Positions 26,036 to 39,280 of a stretch of 45,926 nt of DNA are shown here, in pieces. Both the position numbers and the translations under genes were made by a program. How positions within the stretch are numbered: the stretch's first letter is position 1; each line of letters opens with the position of its first letter. The notes below the pieces were generated by a model. That model was not told where the DNA came from and made no database searches. It was given only the letters and a program-made list of their open reading frames with translations. Origin of the DNA: Bugula neritina (taxonomy: Eukaryota > Animalia > Bryozoa); contig CAXIUT010000111.1 of assembly GCA_964035545.1 (NCBI GenBank), positions 1 to 45,926 of the forward strand, given 5' to 3'.

Positions 26036-27001
26036 TCAGAATAGTAAACTTTTAACCGCTGAGTCCAAAAGTGAAACGTTTCTTTCCTTTGTGTAATATG
26101 CCACCTTCTTCATTGTTGTCTTCTACTTATCCTTGATCTCTGACAACTTTGCTGCTGGAGATTCTCGTACTTATAAGTATTCCTCTATATCTGCCTTCTC
26201 ATCATTGACTTCTTCTCTCAAGTAATCTCCCTGCTTGAAAAATGATGAATATGCGAGTTCATTTGCCCACTCCGTCTTCTCAACATTCTTGATAGTCTTC
26301 ATACCAGCATCAGTAGTCACAATCTCCATAGGCAACTGATAATATCTCTGATAATGATAACCGAAATCAACAGCCTTCCTTCTTGGTACATCTTTAACAT
26401 TTGCCAAAGTTTCCTCTTTGTAACCTGTAGGATGCACCCTAAAAGCAGCAATATCAAGTTTTTCTTTATAGTTATGACTGTACGTAGGTTGGCAGATTTG
26501 ATTGGATCAACAACTATAGCAAGGAAAGGATCAGTATTTTTTTGAAAGAGTTATTGAGTGGCAACATCAATACCAGATAACCAGCATCCAAAACTCGGAT
26601 GGGAATGGTACCATCCCACAATATCATGAGTCTTGATCTTCCTCACCCACTATGAATAAGCTTTATTAGTATTTTTAGTACCTGCAATCAAAGTATATGT
26701 CTATGTATCTGCAGTCACTCGAGTCTATGACGACTACACAGGCAAGTAAATCACATCAGCAATGATAAAGACTCCATGACCTTTTTCTTCATGGTATGAA
26801 CCTGCATAATTTGACTATTTTACCTTGAAGAAGACCCATGACTTCCCTTGGCTTCCCAAAATCAGCATGACTAAGCATCTTAGCAGCTGCTGAGACGTGA
26901 AGATATACTTTATTGAAGTATTTTGGAGTTTTGATGCCTTTAAGACGGATGGTATCAGCCTCTTCCTGGGTAATTTTCTTCTAGTAATATCTTGTAGTCA
27001 T
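26036..27001 (-). CDS. CSN5: COP9 signalosome subunit 5 (JAMM/MPN+ isopeptidase)
   Basis: [62 protein letters not shown]; three 20-22 nt introns. Confidence 0.9.
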
Positions 27002-27468
27002 TGTTATGATATAATTCTTTGTGAAAGTAAATTTTGATATGCTAAGATGTAATTTTAAAATGATATTTATTTAATTAAAGAGGGCTTTGAATTATATTAT
27101 TCCTTAATCAATAATCAAGACGAACTTTTTTAAAAATCAAAAAATAAAAACAGCTAATCCTTCCTTTTTCATCATGATCTTGAAATATAGGTTATTATTT
27201 CTTTTATGAAAAATAGTTTCCTGGGGAATTCCTAAAGTTAGTAGTTCAAAAAATAACAATTCAAATTTAATTAAAAACAAAGTTTTAGCTCTTCAAAGAT
27301 TCTCAGTGTCTTTATTCCGATCAAGTTTAAACGTTTATAGCCAAAAAATATATTTTTTGGTAAATATGAGCAAAAAAGATGAGAAAATCTTAGCTTTTCT
27401 TTGTCAAGTGAAGCACTGCAAGCAGCTAATAATCGAAGGAAATAAGAAATTATAAAACTATAATTCAA

Positions 27469-27654
27469 TCATTTGTTAACTGGTGCCAAAACTGGTCTAA
27501 TGACAGTCTCTCCACTATCATTTTTCATCATGACTGAAGGTACCAGAGGTCCTGTCCTTCTCTGATCTATCATTTGTTTAAGTAGTTAAGGAGTAACTTT
27601 AACTACTTTAATCATTGAGGGCATATTTTAGTTGAATCTCTGAGTTCCTGCCAT
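27469..27654 (-). CDS. Small hypothetical protein, 61 aa
   Basis: ATG GCA GGA..TGA with higher GC than its flanks; no homology recognised. Confidence 0.4.
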
Positions 27655-28083
27655 CGTTTTCAAATTAATATTTATAGAATAAAAGAACAACAATCCACTT
27701 AAAGCTTTTACCATTCAACTTAGTTGACAATTTTCCGATCTTATAATCTAATCAACAACTCCTTATATACTCAGAAGTCAATTCATGATGAACAGTAATA
27801 ATGAATTATTTCAAAAATAGTTACTAAAACCTATCAGCGTATTGGACTAATTATCATATTGCCATTATAATAAATAACACCACCGCTGTGATTATTTATC
27901 CTCTCAGCGTACACCCTTATCCCCTCCAACCTCCTTCCCACTCCTCCTTTATACTTTTTAAACCTTATCTAACCTTTTATTTCATAATTACCTTTTTTTT
28001 AAGATCAGCTCAACTTGATAAAGTCAAAACTACCTAAAAGAGCATAATATATTGATATGATAAATTTATCTATGATGTATACA

Positions 28084-29234
28084 TCATTCCATTGGCACCC
28101 ATGCTTTGCTAGATAGGTTGAATTCTTCACTTACACGGTCAACTGTTCTTCTAGATTAATCTACTCTTCCCTGATACTCCAATTGGATCTCAATATGTTC
28201 TTTTACCACTTCAGCCTTGGCGTTAAACAACACCACTGAGTCTCCTTCTCTGAGCTCCATTTTAGAAGGTAAGAAAGCATTAGAAATACCTGTTGAATCA
28301 CCAATAACGCATCTGTATCGAGGATTCTGCCCTTGTCCAACTTTAGTTGAAGAAATGATCTAAATAAACGAAGGACTACCTTGACAGTGAAGTTGAGATT
28401 ATCGTCTCCAGGCATAACATCAGCTATTTTAGCCCACTTCACAGCTCTTCTTTCACCTCTATTTTCTTATCTTTTCTATTCGTATTCTCTTGGTCTTGGC
28501 CTATATTATCTATTTTGTCTATCGTTTCTCTAGTAGTTTCTCTCAGGTCTGCCTCTTTCTTGTCTATCACCTTTTCTATCAAAATCTCTATCATATCCTC
28601 TATCTCTTCTTGGAGGTCTATCCTCATTATCTCTTCTAGGTGGTCTATCGTAGTTATCTCTTCTGGGAGGTCTATCTTGTCTATCATAGTTATCTCTTCT
28701 AGGTTGTCTATCATAATTATCTCTTCTAGGAGGTCTATCATAGTTATCTCTTCTGGGAGGTCTATCATAGTTGTCTCTTCTAGGTTATCTTCTTCTATTG
28801 TTGTCTCTGTTTCCTCCCTGTCTAGGGGGACCTCTTCTATTATTTCTGTTTTTATCTAAGACATGCTCCTGTTCAGAGATATTGAGTTTATCATTGGCCT
28901 CAATTTTCATATCTTTTTCAAGAGTTACTCTTCCAAAGAGATCAACTTCAAGAGAGATAAAATTTTTAATGAATCTCTTGACTCCATTTCTGATGGCGAT
29001 CACGTTTCCTTTTTCAATAAGGTTGGCATTCTCACCCTTGAAGAAAGCCTTTGATGCAGCAGTCTAGTCAGCAACTACGCAATCAACCATTTTGATTTTG
29101 AGACCCTCCTTGGTCTAGATGACCTTGGGTTCCACAGAGATAACTTTCACATAGACGTTGTATCCTGAACGTTCCTTTTAGAGGTCCTTGATTTTGATGA
29201 ATCTAGGTTTGTTTAAAGGTTTTGTTTAAGCCAT
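28084..29234 (-). CDS. Tandem OB-fold nucleic-acid-binding protein with R/D/P-rich repeat linker
   Basis: OB1: FIKIKDL..YNVYVKV..CVVADETA..IAIRNG..LEVDLFGRV..NISEQEH. OB2: WAKIADVMPG..NFTVK..CVIGDSTG..VLFNAKAEV..NLSSKAW. 20-nt intron ~28360-28379. Confidence 0.8.
28590..28790 (-). repeat. 27-nt coding tandem repeat (DRPPRRDNY)
   Basis: Repeated gatagacctcccagaagagataactat variants on the minus strand. Confidence 0.9.
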
Positions 29235-29539
29235 AAGTTGAAAAATTAAATAAATATCAAAAAATAATAAAAGAATATCTTTACACAATCATCTGCCAGA
29301 AATATATCATATTCTATCAATAATAATCATCAATAAAAATTAAACAATCACTCATATTTTATTTTATTATCTTTTTTATAAGATAGTTAAGATCTTTATT
29401 CATAACTTAAACAACTGATTTAGACTTAAATATGTGTCGTACAATTTTATCAGAGGTAGTTGGTAATCTTCTTTTATAATTTGACTCTTAATACTAATCT
29501 AATCCATATTCTAAAATCTATAATTTCTATTCGAATAGC

Positions 29540-32500
29540 ATGAAACTTCCTTTTACTCTCTTCCTTCTTCTCCTAGTCACCAACGCCCACAAACATCAGT
29601 CAACCTCTTCCTCCTCTCCACCTGCCTACATCTAGGGCTGTCTCAGCTACTCCCCAGACTCCACCTGCACCTAATGCTAATACAGTACATCTCCATCCAC
29701 TCAGATTACATCCCACACCAAGGAAAGTGTTTCTACAAACCTAAAAATCCCACAGAAAACTGCTGTCTCAAATTCAACTAAGCCAGCAAATGCGTCCAAT
29801 GCTCGCCAGGTCTTCTCATGGTGAATGGACTCTGCAAAGACGTCAAGATCACAGGCTGCATCAAAAAAACTAAAAGCGGATGCCAAATCTGCGCAGAAGG
29901 ATATACTCTCAAAAATGGATACTGTCTTCCCTCTATTACTGGATGCATAAACTACGATGAAAGTCAAGTATGCGTGCAATGTTCTTCTGAATATTTACTC
30001 AAATTAGGAACCTGCATCCCTCTGATAACTCTTCAACCCATTCCCTACTGCAAATACCAGAATGAATATGGATGTGGATAGTGCCAAGAAGGCTACAAAT
30101 TGACCTCATAGTATACATGTCAACCTGGCATTCAAGGCTGTCTCATCTACAATGACCACGGACACTGCTAAACCTGCCAATCCCCTTACTACAAACTAGT
30201 GAAGGGCAGATGCGCAATAGTTGGATGCACTAACTACCATAAAAACGTTTGCAGACAATGCCAATCATCAGGATTCGAATTAACCAACGGAGTGTGTGTG
30301 ATACCTGGCTGCACATATTTCAATGATAATGGCTGTATTGTCTGCTCCGGTAACCTTGTTCCTGGATCTTGGGGATGCAGATAACCTCAAAACAAGGTGT
30401 GTCTTGTCTGCAAAAAAGACTAGTTTTTGGGCTATGATGGTAAATGTTATCCCAAAGACGTACATTGCTTGGAATATACTAATGGAAAATGCTCAAAATG
30501 TTGTGATTAATACTTCTTGACTAACCAATACCAATGCAAACAAGTTCAACCCGGCTGCATCTACCAAGACGGTCAATGTACTTCCTGCTCTCCTCCATTC
30601 ACCTATTCATCTGGCCAGTGCGTCATCAAAGGCTGCCTCGACTACGACTTCCAAGGATGCATCAAATGCGACCAACGTCTAACTCTCTCCAGCAACATCT
30701 GCGTTCTTCCTTACTGCCACAACTTCTAAAACTTCAAATGTACAAAATGCATCTCAGGATACTAACTTTCAAGTGATGCAAAATGCGTCCCTTCAGATCC
30801 CAACTGCATAGTTCGAAACAGTCACAACATCTGTTTAAAATGCAAATAAGGATACCAACTCAACCATCAAAACCAATGCACTACCAGCAAATTCGGATGC
30901 AACTATGTCGGTAGTCGCTGCACCAGTTGCCGCTCTCCTTTCGTCTATAACCCATAACTTGAAAGTTGCTAAATCGATGGCTGCATTAAATTTTTCATCG
31001 GTGGCTGCTAAGCCTGCACTGCAGGATATCACTTGTTGTACAATACCTGTAAAATACCTAACTGTTTGATCAGCAAAAATGGTAAATGTTTAAAATGCGA
31101 TCCAGATTACGTCTTCAGATCTGATGGCGTCTGTGTATCAAAAGACGAATTTTGCTAGAAAATGGATTAGTATGGTACATGCATCAAATGTATGGATAGT
31201 TACTACTATTCCCAAAAACATAAAAAATGTATAAAAAAAGATCCAGGATGCGTCTACAATGACCAAACAGACTAATGCTACGAATGCTATGCTCCCTTCA
31301 CCCATCAACCAGGAAAATGCGTCATTGAAGGATGTCTAAAATTCAATACCAAAGGATGCTACGAATGCAGATATCCTTTCTCTTTAACCAACACCAAAAT
31401 CTGCTAAATAAAACATTGCACAGGTTTCACAAATGGTCGCTGCAGCAGTTGTTCAGATGGCTACACTCTAAACAGCAAATATCTATGCTAGTCTTCAGAT
31501 AAAAATTGTCAACAATTCAACAAATAACGTACAGAATGTATCAAATGTATCAAAGGATATCGCAAAGATTCATAAGGAAGATGCTAATATTCTGATAGAT
31601 ATTGTTCATATTTCGATGATTAAGGTATCTGTATCAATTGCGATCGTTTGTACTTCCTAAATTCTTACGGAAAATGCCAACTCAGAGACCCTCAATGTCT
31701 AATCTACACCAACGGCATGTGCAGCAACTGCAGACCATACTACTTCGCTAAAGGCGGTGTTTGCATGACCAATTTGAAAGGCTGCTAAATCCAAAAATCA
31801 TATGGCAACTGTCTTAAATGCTAATAAGGATACAAACTACGAAAAGGACATTGTTTCTAAGACATGAAAAAACTAACCTGGAACTCAATAGATATGGATT
31901 TCGGATAATTCGATTCAGATAGTTGCTAATCCTAGAAAACAAAATAAATATTCAGTTACAACGTCACCTCGAAAATCAACTTAGTACCAGCTTTGGCAAC
32001 AAACAAAGGAAAATCTTTCTATTCAAGTTCATCTCTCAATAACGCCAATTTCCTACTCTCATCACAGGGAAATAGCGGATGGTCACCAGCTAATAGTCAA
32101 GGATAATATATTGGCTACAAAATATAAAAATTAAAGACATATTATGCTATTGATATCAAACAATTGACAGGAAGTTCACTATCGAAATTCATTGTATAAT
32201 ATTCATATGATGGAAGTAGTTTCCTCAAAGCGGGATAATTCCAATTCCATAATATACAAATCGGTGCAGTTACCACCTTCTACTTCAAACCAGTAAGAGC
32301 ATAATTCATAAGACTTGTTGTTGTTTCAGGAAAACCTAATATCAAATTAGAATTCTACTATAGTTCAGACATCAAAACAAGTTAAAACAACTAAAATAAT
32401 CAAAATAAAGGACATATAGGCAAAACAATCATAGCTACTATCGATGGCGCTTAAGAGGGAGGCATATCAACATGCAAAAAGAGTGGACTTTGCTGGGCAG

Positions 32501-32760
32501 GCATGGAATCATGCTAACCAAGAAAAGTTAAAGGATTTGAACTGGTTTATCAACCCGATTGCTCAGATAGAATATAAACAGTAAAAGTAGAATATTCTAT
32601 TGATGGACTTACCTATGCCTGCTGGAATGCATGCAAAGAAGTTAACTTGAGTAATGGAGCTTATAACTTTTCACCTGAATTGCTTGCATAGAAAATACAT
32701 GTGCATTTTGTTAAATATAGCGGATAACCCAAATTTGGTATTAAGTTCAACTATGCATGA
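29540..32760 (+). CDS. Secreted/surface Cys-rich (CxxC, furin-like) repeat protein with two C-terminal F5/8-type C (discoidin)-like domains, ~1065 aa
   Basis: Signal peptide MKLPFTLFLLLLVTNA; many GC..Y...C..C..GY.L..G.C repeats; GWSPANSQGEYI..VEYSYDG..PVRAEFIRL..IKLEFY; 20-nt intron 29685-29704. Confidence 0.85.
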
Positions 32761-32837
32761 TATCCTATTCTCATCATATTCTCATCATTTATCATATTGT
32801 TTAGTAGAATATAATTAAAAAATAATCTGATGAATTA

Positions 32838-33602
32838 TCACCAATTTCCATGTCCATGACCATGACCATGGCCGTGACCGTGACCATGTCCGTGATGCTT
32901 TTTATGCCAACTATCGTCGCTACTTGAACTGCTGCTTGAACTTCTTCTGTTGTTTTTGCGGCGATGCCATTTACCCTGTTTACAATGTCTGCAAGGTTTA
33001 CCGGTAAAATAGTTAAATCCTCCTCCGTAACATTTAGGACAAATTCCTTGCTTGCGATAACATAAACGACAAGGAATTGCCATACCATGACGATTGATAC
33101 TGCCAGATCCATTACATTTTTTGCAACCTCCTCTGAATTGAATAGGTGGAACAAAAACGTTATGCTGGTTCTGCCATTGAGGCTTTTGATGGAATCCTCC
33201 TGATCCCCATGCTTGGTTCTGATTGTAAAATGGATTCTGGTTCATGCCCATTCCTCCCATTCCTCCTTGCTGGAATCCTTGTCCTCCCATTCCTCCTTGA
33301 CCTCCCATTCCTCCTTGATTTCCCCATTGTCCTTGACCTCCCATTCCTCCTTGTTGGAAACCTTGACCTCCCTGTTGGAAGCCTTGTCCACCCATTCCTC
33401 CTTGTTGGAAGCCTTGACCACCTTGTTGGAATCCTTGGCCACCTTGCTGGAATCCTTGTCCACCCATTCCTCCTTGTTGGAAACCTTGTCCTCCCTGTTG
33501 AAAACCTTGTTGTCCTTGACCTTGGAAACCTTGACCTCCTTGTTGGAAGCCTTGTTGTCCTTGTCCTTGAAATCCTTGACCTCCTTGATTATTGGGCCAC
33601 AT
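32838..33602 (-). CDS. Gly/Gln-rich repeat protein with CxxCxGxG zinc motifs and His-Gly tail
   Basis: ORF track 32838-33605; (QQGGQGF)n, CKKCNGSG..CRLC..CPKCYGGG..CRHC, (HG)n; ends in TGA. Confidence 0.85.
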   Translation of the reverse strand: MWPNNQGGQGFQGQGQQGFQQGGQGFQGQGQQGFQQGGQGFQQGGMGGQGFQQGGQGFQQGGQGFQQGGMGGQGFQQGGQGFQQGGMGGQGQWGNQGGMGGQGGMGGQGFQQGGMGGMGMNQNPFYNQNQAWGSGGFHQKPQWQNQHNVFVPPIQFRGGCKKCNGSGSINRHGMAIPCRLCYRKQGICPKCYGGGFNYFTGKPCRHCKQGKWHRRKNNRRSSSSSSSSDDSWHKKHHGHGHGHGHGHGHGHGNW

Positions 33603-33742
33603 CAAAATAAAAATGATAAGATAGAATTTATGATCAAAATATAAATCTTTACAAACTACCTAAAAATTGATAATTTCCATTAACTAAAACTACTTCTTTT
33701 AATAATTTAAAACAACAATAATAATCATAATTAGATCCAACT

Positions 33743-34160
33743 ATGGGAGGAGAAAGCACATAATTTTTAAAGAAAATAGTCGAATAATTCTTCTGCGTAA
33801 AAGGAATCGTCTTATCCGACAGCGATGGTATCCTTATTTGCCACTGCATCCCTCAAAAAGACAACTAAAAATTCGTACAAACAACATCTATGTTAATAAG
33901 CGCCATCAACCAAGCCCAAAGCAACCTCCAAAAAGTACATCTCTCTGAATTAGACCAAAACATACTCATAAATCCATGCTGTAAACTATTACTACGACTA
34001 GAACTTAATCCATCTGGCCCATTCAAAAAATCTAATGGTAACAATTTTTCTTCAAGCAAACACCAACATCGAGCTAGCAAGATAAATATCAACATAAGTC
34101 ATGAACGCCTTCGATAAACTAAATAACAAAATTCCATAAATCAGATCCCACTGTCAATGA
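33743..34160 (+). CDS. Ragulator subunit LAMTOR3/MP1-like roadblock protein
   Basis: GIVLSDSDGILI..AINQAQSNLQK..AVNYYYDENLIH..LMVTIFLQANTNI; 19-nt intron 33935-33953. Confidence 0.65.
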
Positions 34161-34201
34161 TATTAAATACTGATAATTATCAATAAATTTGCAATGAGAG
34201 A

Positions 34202-35569
34202 TCATGATAATTTGATATCAGCCAATGCCTTCCAACATTTATGGTAATCTGGATCAGTCAAAAGAAATCTATTCATAGCGAACGATGTTGTTTTCATTAG
34301 ATAACCAGATTAGAACATAAAGGAGTAACTGTTTTAAGGTGTTTTGAATGCTTTTTGCTATGATTTCATAAAATTTATATATGATTAGGCATCAGGACCA
34401 TGAGGCGTCATGCAGGAATGCAAAGAAGAACATCCTGGACCAAATCCTTTACCTTTAGCGTCGTATTGTCCGCTTATATTACCCATAAATTCACTCATGC
34501 AGTTGCGATGGTAGTATGGCGGTTTGAAGGTGTTCTACTGGACTAGCCATCTAGGAGGGAATACCACGAAATCAATCGTAGCAGTACTAAATATGTCAAT
34601 AAATATACCCTTAAATGGCAGATTTAGCTGTAAGAACAGTAAAAATACATGGATCTGGATGATCATAAGAAATAGAACCAATAGTATTAAAATGTTAAAG
34701 ATTATACTTATAAGGAGAATAATTTCCTCTCCAGCCGACTACATCATAAGGACTATACTCAGATTTAGTCTCATACATCTCCCCAATATACTTGTTAGTT
34801 ATCTTCCACTAAACTTTTTAATCCTAGTACCATGCAGTCGGATACTAAAAATCATGAGGATTAGCTAGTCCACTAGTTCCAATCGGTCCTAACTCAGGCA
34901 ACGTAAAATGATGCCCAAATATCTATGCAATCCATCCTTTGATAGATCCCTTACAATCAATAGAAAATTTAACTCCTCTGGGTATAACTAAAATTTAATG
35001 AGGTTTAATCGTCAACTTGCCATGAAGAGTACGAACATAGAGTATTCCATCATGGGGCACTATCAATAGATCTCCATCAGAATTATAAAACGCCTATCGC
35101 TACATAGATCTATTAGCCGAATATACATATATAGATATTCCCTGTTTAAGTGACGGCTACCCTGATCCCATAATGGATACCATCCCCTCAATAAAATTGA
35201 TTTGTTTTTATTCTTTTACTTCAGGAATGCTTTGCCAGCGCAGTTGATTAGGCGTACACTAGATATTGTCTTTTTGTAAATAACTTGAAATAATAGAATA
35301 TGGATATTTTGATTTTTAGTATTGTCCTTCGATAGCTGATGGCCTCTTCTTGTAAAACCATACCTTCTGGTTGTCTGACCTCTTCACAGTAAAGGCAGTT
35401 CCCGACAATTGTTCCGCAAATAATCCATAGCTAACTTGCTTGGGACTGTTCTGGTCTAGATCATAAGAAAGATACGTTCAGGAATAGCGCCTTCAACAGC
35501 TTATGAAGCAAAACTATTGCCAAATCCTTTCTGATACTTCAAGTTAGAGTATTATGTATTTTGATCCAT
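34202..35569 (-). CDS. HGD: Homogentisate 1,2-dioxygenase
   Basis: [94 protein letters not shown]; introns 35456-35475 and 34587-34608. Confidence 0.96.
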
Positions 35570-35633
35570 ATTATTACATCAAATTATATCCAACTATCTA
35601 ATCTACCTTAATATTTAAATCAAAAACAGTTCT

Positions 35634-37231
35634 ATGTAATAAGCCAAAGGTCTCACCCGCACCATCGCTACAGCAGAAGATCCCTCCCTCGCCAGATGCT
35701 TCCGAGGACACTAAAAAACAGTCACCAGCGTAGGCTTCTCCAAATAAATGTATTTCTACCACTCATGCAGGAAACAAGTGGTTTCAGGTGGATCAGATGG
35801 ACTCGTATAAGTCTGGAACTTCAAACCACAAATCAGACCCTTCAAATTTGTTGGACATAAAGGACAAGTCAACGACGTCATGTTTACTGCAGACTCGTCC
35901 AAAGTTATATCATGTGGAGATGACCGTTAGATCCGGATTTGGAAAAATTCAGTGTATGATTTTATCTACTAAGCAACGGTAAACACAAAACAGTCAAAGC
36001 CCACTCAGGTCCAGTCCTCAAAATGAGTCTATCAAGGCAATAAGATTTCCTCATGAGTTGTTCCTCAGATAAAACCATCAAAATGTGGGATCTAGACGGA
36101 AAATTCAAACAAAGTTTTGTTGGACATACCAATTGGGTCAGATAATGTCAAATATCATTCGACGAACGTCTCCTTTTGAGTTGTTCCGATGATCGCAGTG
36201 TCAAACTATGGGACATAAACAAAGCAACCATCTCAGCTACCTTCACATAACACAAATCCTAGGTTCTAAGTTGCAAATTCACACCAGATGGGACCTGCAT
36301 TGCCGCATCAGCAGTAGACGGAACAATAAAGATCTGGGACACCCGTCTAGGCAAATTAATTCAACACTACAACGCCCATGACAGACCGGTCAACAGAATA
36401 GCTTTCCATCCTTTAGGATATCATATGGCAAGTGTATCAGCCGACAACAAAATCAAAGTATGGTAGCTAAAATAAGGACGATTAGGATGGACTGTTTTCG
36501 GACATGAAGGCGATATCAAGACAATTGAATTCAACTAGAAAGGAGATTACTTTGCAACAGGTGGCTAAGATAAATTAGTGATGATATGGATGAGCAACTT
36601 CGATAAGGAACTAAATCAAACAGGTCGCGGAATATAGAATAACTTCAAAGAGAAAGCAAACGGCAACGGAGTACAACCGCTATTCAAAAGCAACAAACTA
36701 AGCGACACAAACAAATAAGAAAAACCCTAACAATAAAAAAATAACAAAAATAGCTAAGCAACATAAAAACCAAATAGCAGACAAGAGGTACCTTATATTT
36801 TAACAAAGAAAATATCATAGTTGATGTCATTCTAATTATAAAAAATAGTGAACCAATTATAAACGATAACAAAGAGTTTAGATTTCATGGATCGAAATGT
36901 ATCATAGCACGAGCAAATAATATAAAAACTGACAAATAATTAGCAAGTTGACAATATTATGAATGATATGGAAGAGAGAGGATTGATGAATAGTCAAATT
37001 TATAATTCAGCATGGTAGGCTCAAAATAGAATAGAGGGATAATAACCTGTAGGCGACGAAATCAAAGAATAAAATTCAGGATTGCCGCTTTAAGAAGAAG
37101 ATTAGTATTAAAAATTTTTATTAGAAGAATAAAACAAAAGAAAAAAATTCCAATAACAACTCAATCTAGATGGATAGTAAGAACTGCATTTCCAACCAAG
37201 TTAACTAGAACTATAAACATAGTTCAATTGA
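35634..37231 (+). CDS. POC1: POC1 centriolar/basal-body WD40 protein
   Basis: [31 protein letters not shown]40 repeats, C-terminal coiled coil LEKIVNQLETITKSL; introns 35750-35770 and 35954-35973. Confidence 0.92.
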
Positions 37232-37268
37232 TACATTTTGCATAATATCATTTTATAACAGTATTCAA

Positions 37269-39006
37269 ATGAATTCAAAGATCAACTAAACATGGTAAGA
37301 ACTGTCAGATTTCCTTTTGCACAGAAACAGCCTAGACCTCGGAGGTAATACTTCCTCACCCAGCCCTCGCAAAACTCCTAGACATCTTCCTCGATGACAA
37401 CTCACAAGAACAAAATATAGTCGTCGATCAGATCATCACCTTTCTGGCTGTAGGAACCCAATCCAAAAATAAAAATAAATAATCTACAGATATACTAGCA
37501 CTCTTAGCCATAGAATCACTACTCTACAACTGGTACTACTACGATCGAGGAGGATAGACCTTTACACCCATCAGTTCATCCTTTTACGGCTGGATGTCTT
37601 CCTCTCAAATGAGTATCTAGCAAAGTAACATATCATAAAGAGATGGACAGCTAGCAGTTCAAGTAGTTGGAGGATTGGCGTCTTCATAAAACTTTTTCAA
37701 AAGAATCAATGCTGTTATATAAAGACAACAAAATAGAGATAAAAGTAAAAGATATGTATAGATATTACTAGAAACTATTGATAATATTTTGAATAGATAA
37801 AAAATATCCAAATAAATCTATCTTAAACTAAAAGGTAAATATCTTGGATTAGAAAGTAGAAGAAAGTACTAAATTGGATACAATCAAGTCAACACAACTA
37901 TCTTCTCTTCTCAACTCAATAAAGTAGTAGGCATTCTTGCATAAGGCAACGATTGTATCCACTTGGCTCTTCTCAGAATTTACTTGGGATACAGGTAAGA
38001 ATGGAAAGTCTTCGAAGGAGTCAGATTTAGTGGTGAATAAATGCTGGTCAATTTATATCGTTACTATATCAGTAGTTTTAAAGATGTTGATTAGTTGTTC
38101 TAAGAAGGAAAGCATCCTATCTTCAGATTTCTTAAAAATCATCTCACTCTATTGTTTACACCTATTATGCGTCGTTTTCATCAGCTGATAGTGAAAATTG
38201 GTCAGAAATCTAATAACTAACAAGGTATTTCTTTTTACAAAAATAACTAAAAAATTTTATAAACAGAACTATTGATCTTTATCAATGATCTACCTTTTGA
38301 ACTAACAACTCTTCTCAACCAACTGAAAGATCTAGTTTAATAACAACACCCAAATCAACATTAATTTGCTATAACTTCAATAAAGAAAATGTTTTTCTAT
38401 TCATTTCTTATCAATCAACCTCTCATAGAATAGCTATACCCGAGGCACTAACCTGGGAAGTGGTCAATAGTTTACAATAACGTACTCAATCTCTTCTTCA
38501 TTGGATCTACGAAAAAGTACAGTCATCTTGAAGAACACTAGTATGCAATCATCAATGGACTTATCGATAAAGTTAGTAATAGTTTAGATCTTAAGATTAC
38601 CACCCAGTATATTCAGATTGAAGAAGATAGTCGACTCTTTGCTATCAGAGAACCAATAGTTAACCACGACTACTAACTTATCATGGGCACTCTTTCCTCT
38701 CTAGAGTTCACGCCTAAAGATTCAAAGCAATTTTAAATGAAAAAAGTGGCAGCTCTCTTGCCTGAATCGCCTGTCTACAAACAGTATAGAAACCAATCTT
38801 TCATTAGTGAATAAAAAGAAACTTAACTTGAGTTGGCGACATGGATGTCAGTCGGAGGCAATCGCTAGTGGGGACCAAAATAGCATAAAGGGACTAAAAG
38901 CAACTTGAAGGAAAAGCTAGGAAAGTTCAAGACCATAAGTCAGCATACCAGACATCAGCTATAAGAAGAAAGCAATTCTTTTAAGTCCTACTTCAACCAT
39001 CACTGA
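37269..39006 (+). CDS. Unknown protein X (~570 aa), source of the partial duplicates
   Basis: MNSKINETWEEL.., 19-nt intron 37345-37363, long TGA-free frame to 39004-39006. Confidence 0.8.
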
Positions 39007-39280
39007 TAAATGATTCTCAATGTTCTCTGACTCTCAATATCAAGAGAAATTACTTCTTTTTCTTTCATTAATAATGATTTATATAAGATTAAATATATTT
39101 ATGATTAGATCAAATATTAGAACTTTGAGCTAGGAGATAAACTGTTTGAGCTAAATTTACCTCAACAACAAATTAACAATCTTTTTCATCTGACATAAAT
39201 AAAGTTCATGTGTTTTAATGTGATATTTATGTTTTTTTATAAATGAAGAATAGATGAAATAGAATAATGTAGATAAAAAA

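Noticed and set aside
28590-28790. CRISPR-like array (also 33250-33580)
   Set aside because: Contiguous codon-multiple repeats without unique spacers, inside eukaryotic ORFs.
34202-35569. Bacterial contamination or recent HGT of hmgA
   Set aside because: The gene has host-type tiny introns and TAR=Glu codons, and HGD is a normal eukaryotic enzyme.
19080-37231. Functional cluster of ciliary genes (CFAP91, NME7, POC1), and cyclins at both chromosome ends
   Set aside because: Ciliates have many ciliary and cyclin genes; co-occurrence among ~28 genes is unremarkable without synteny data.
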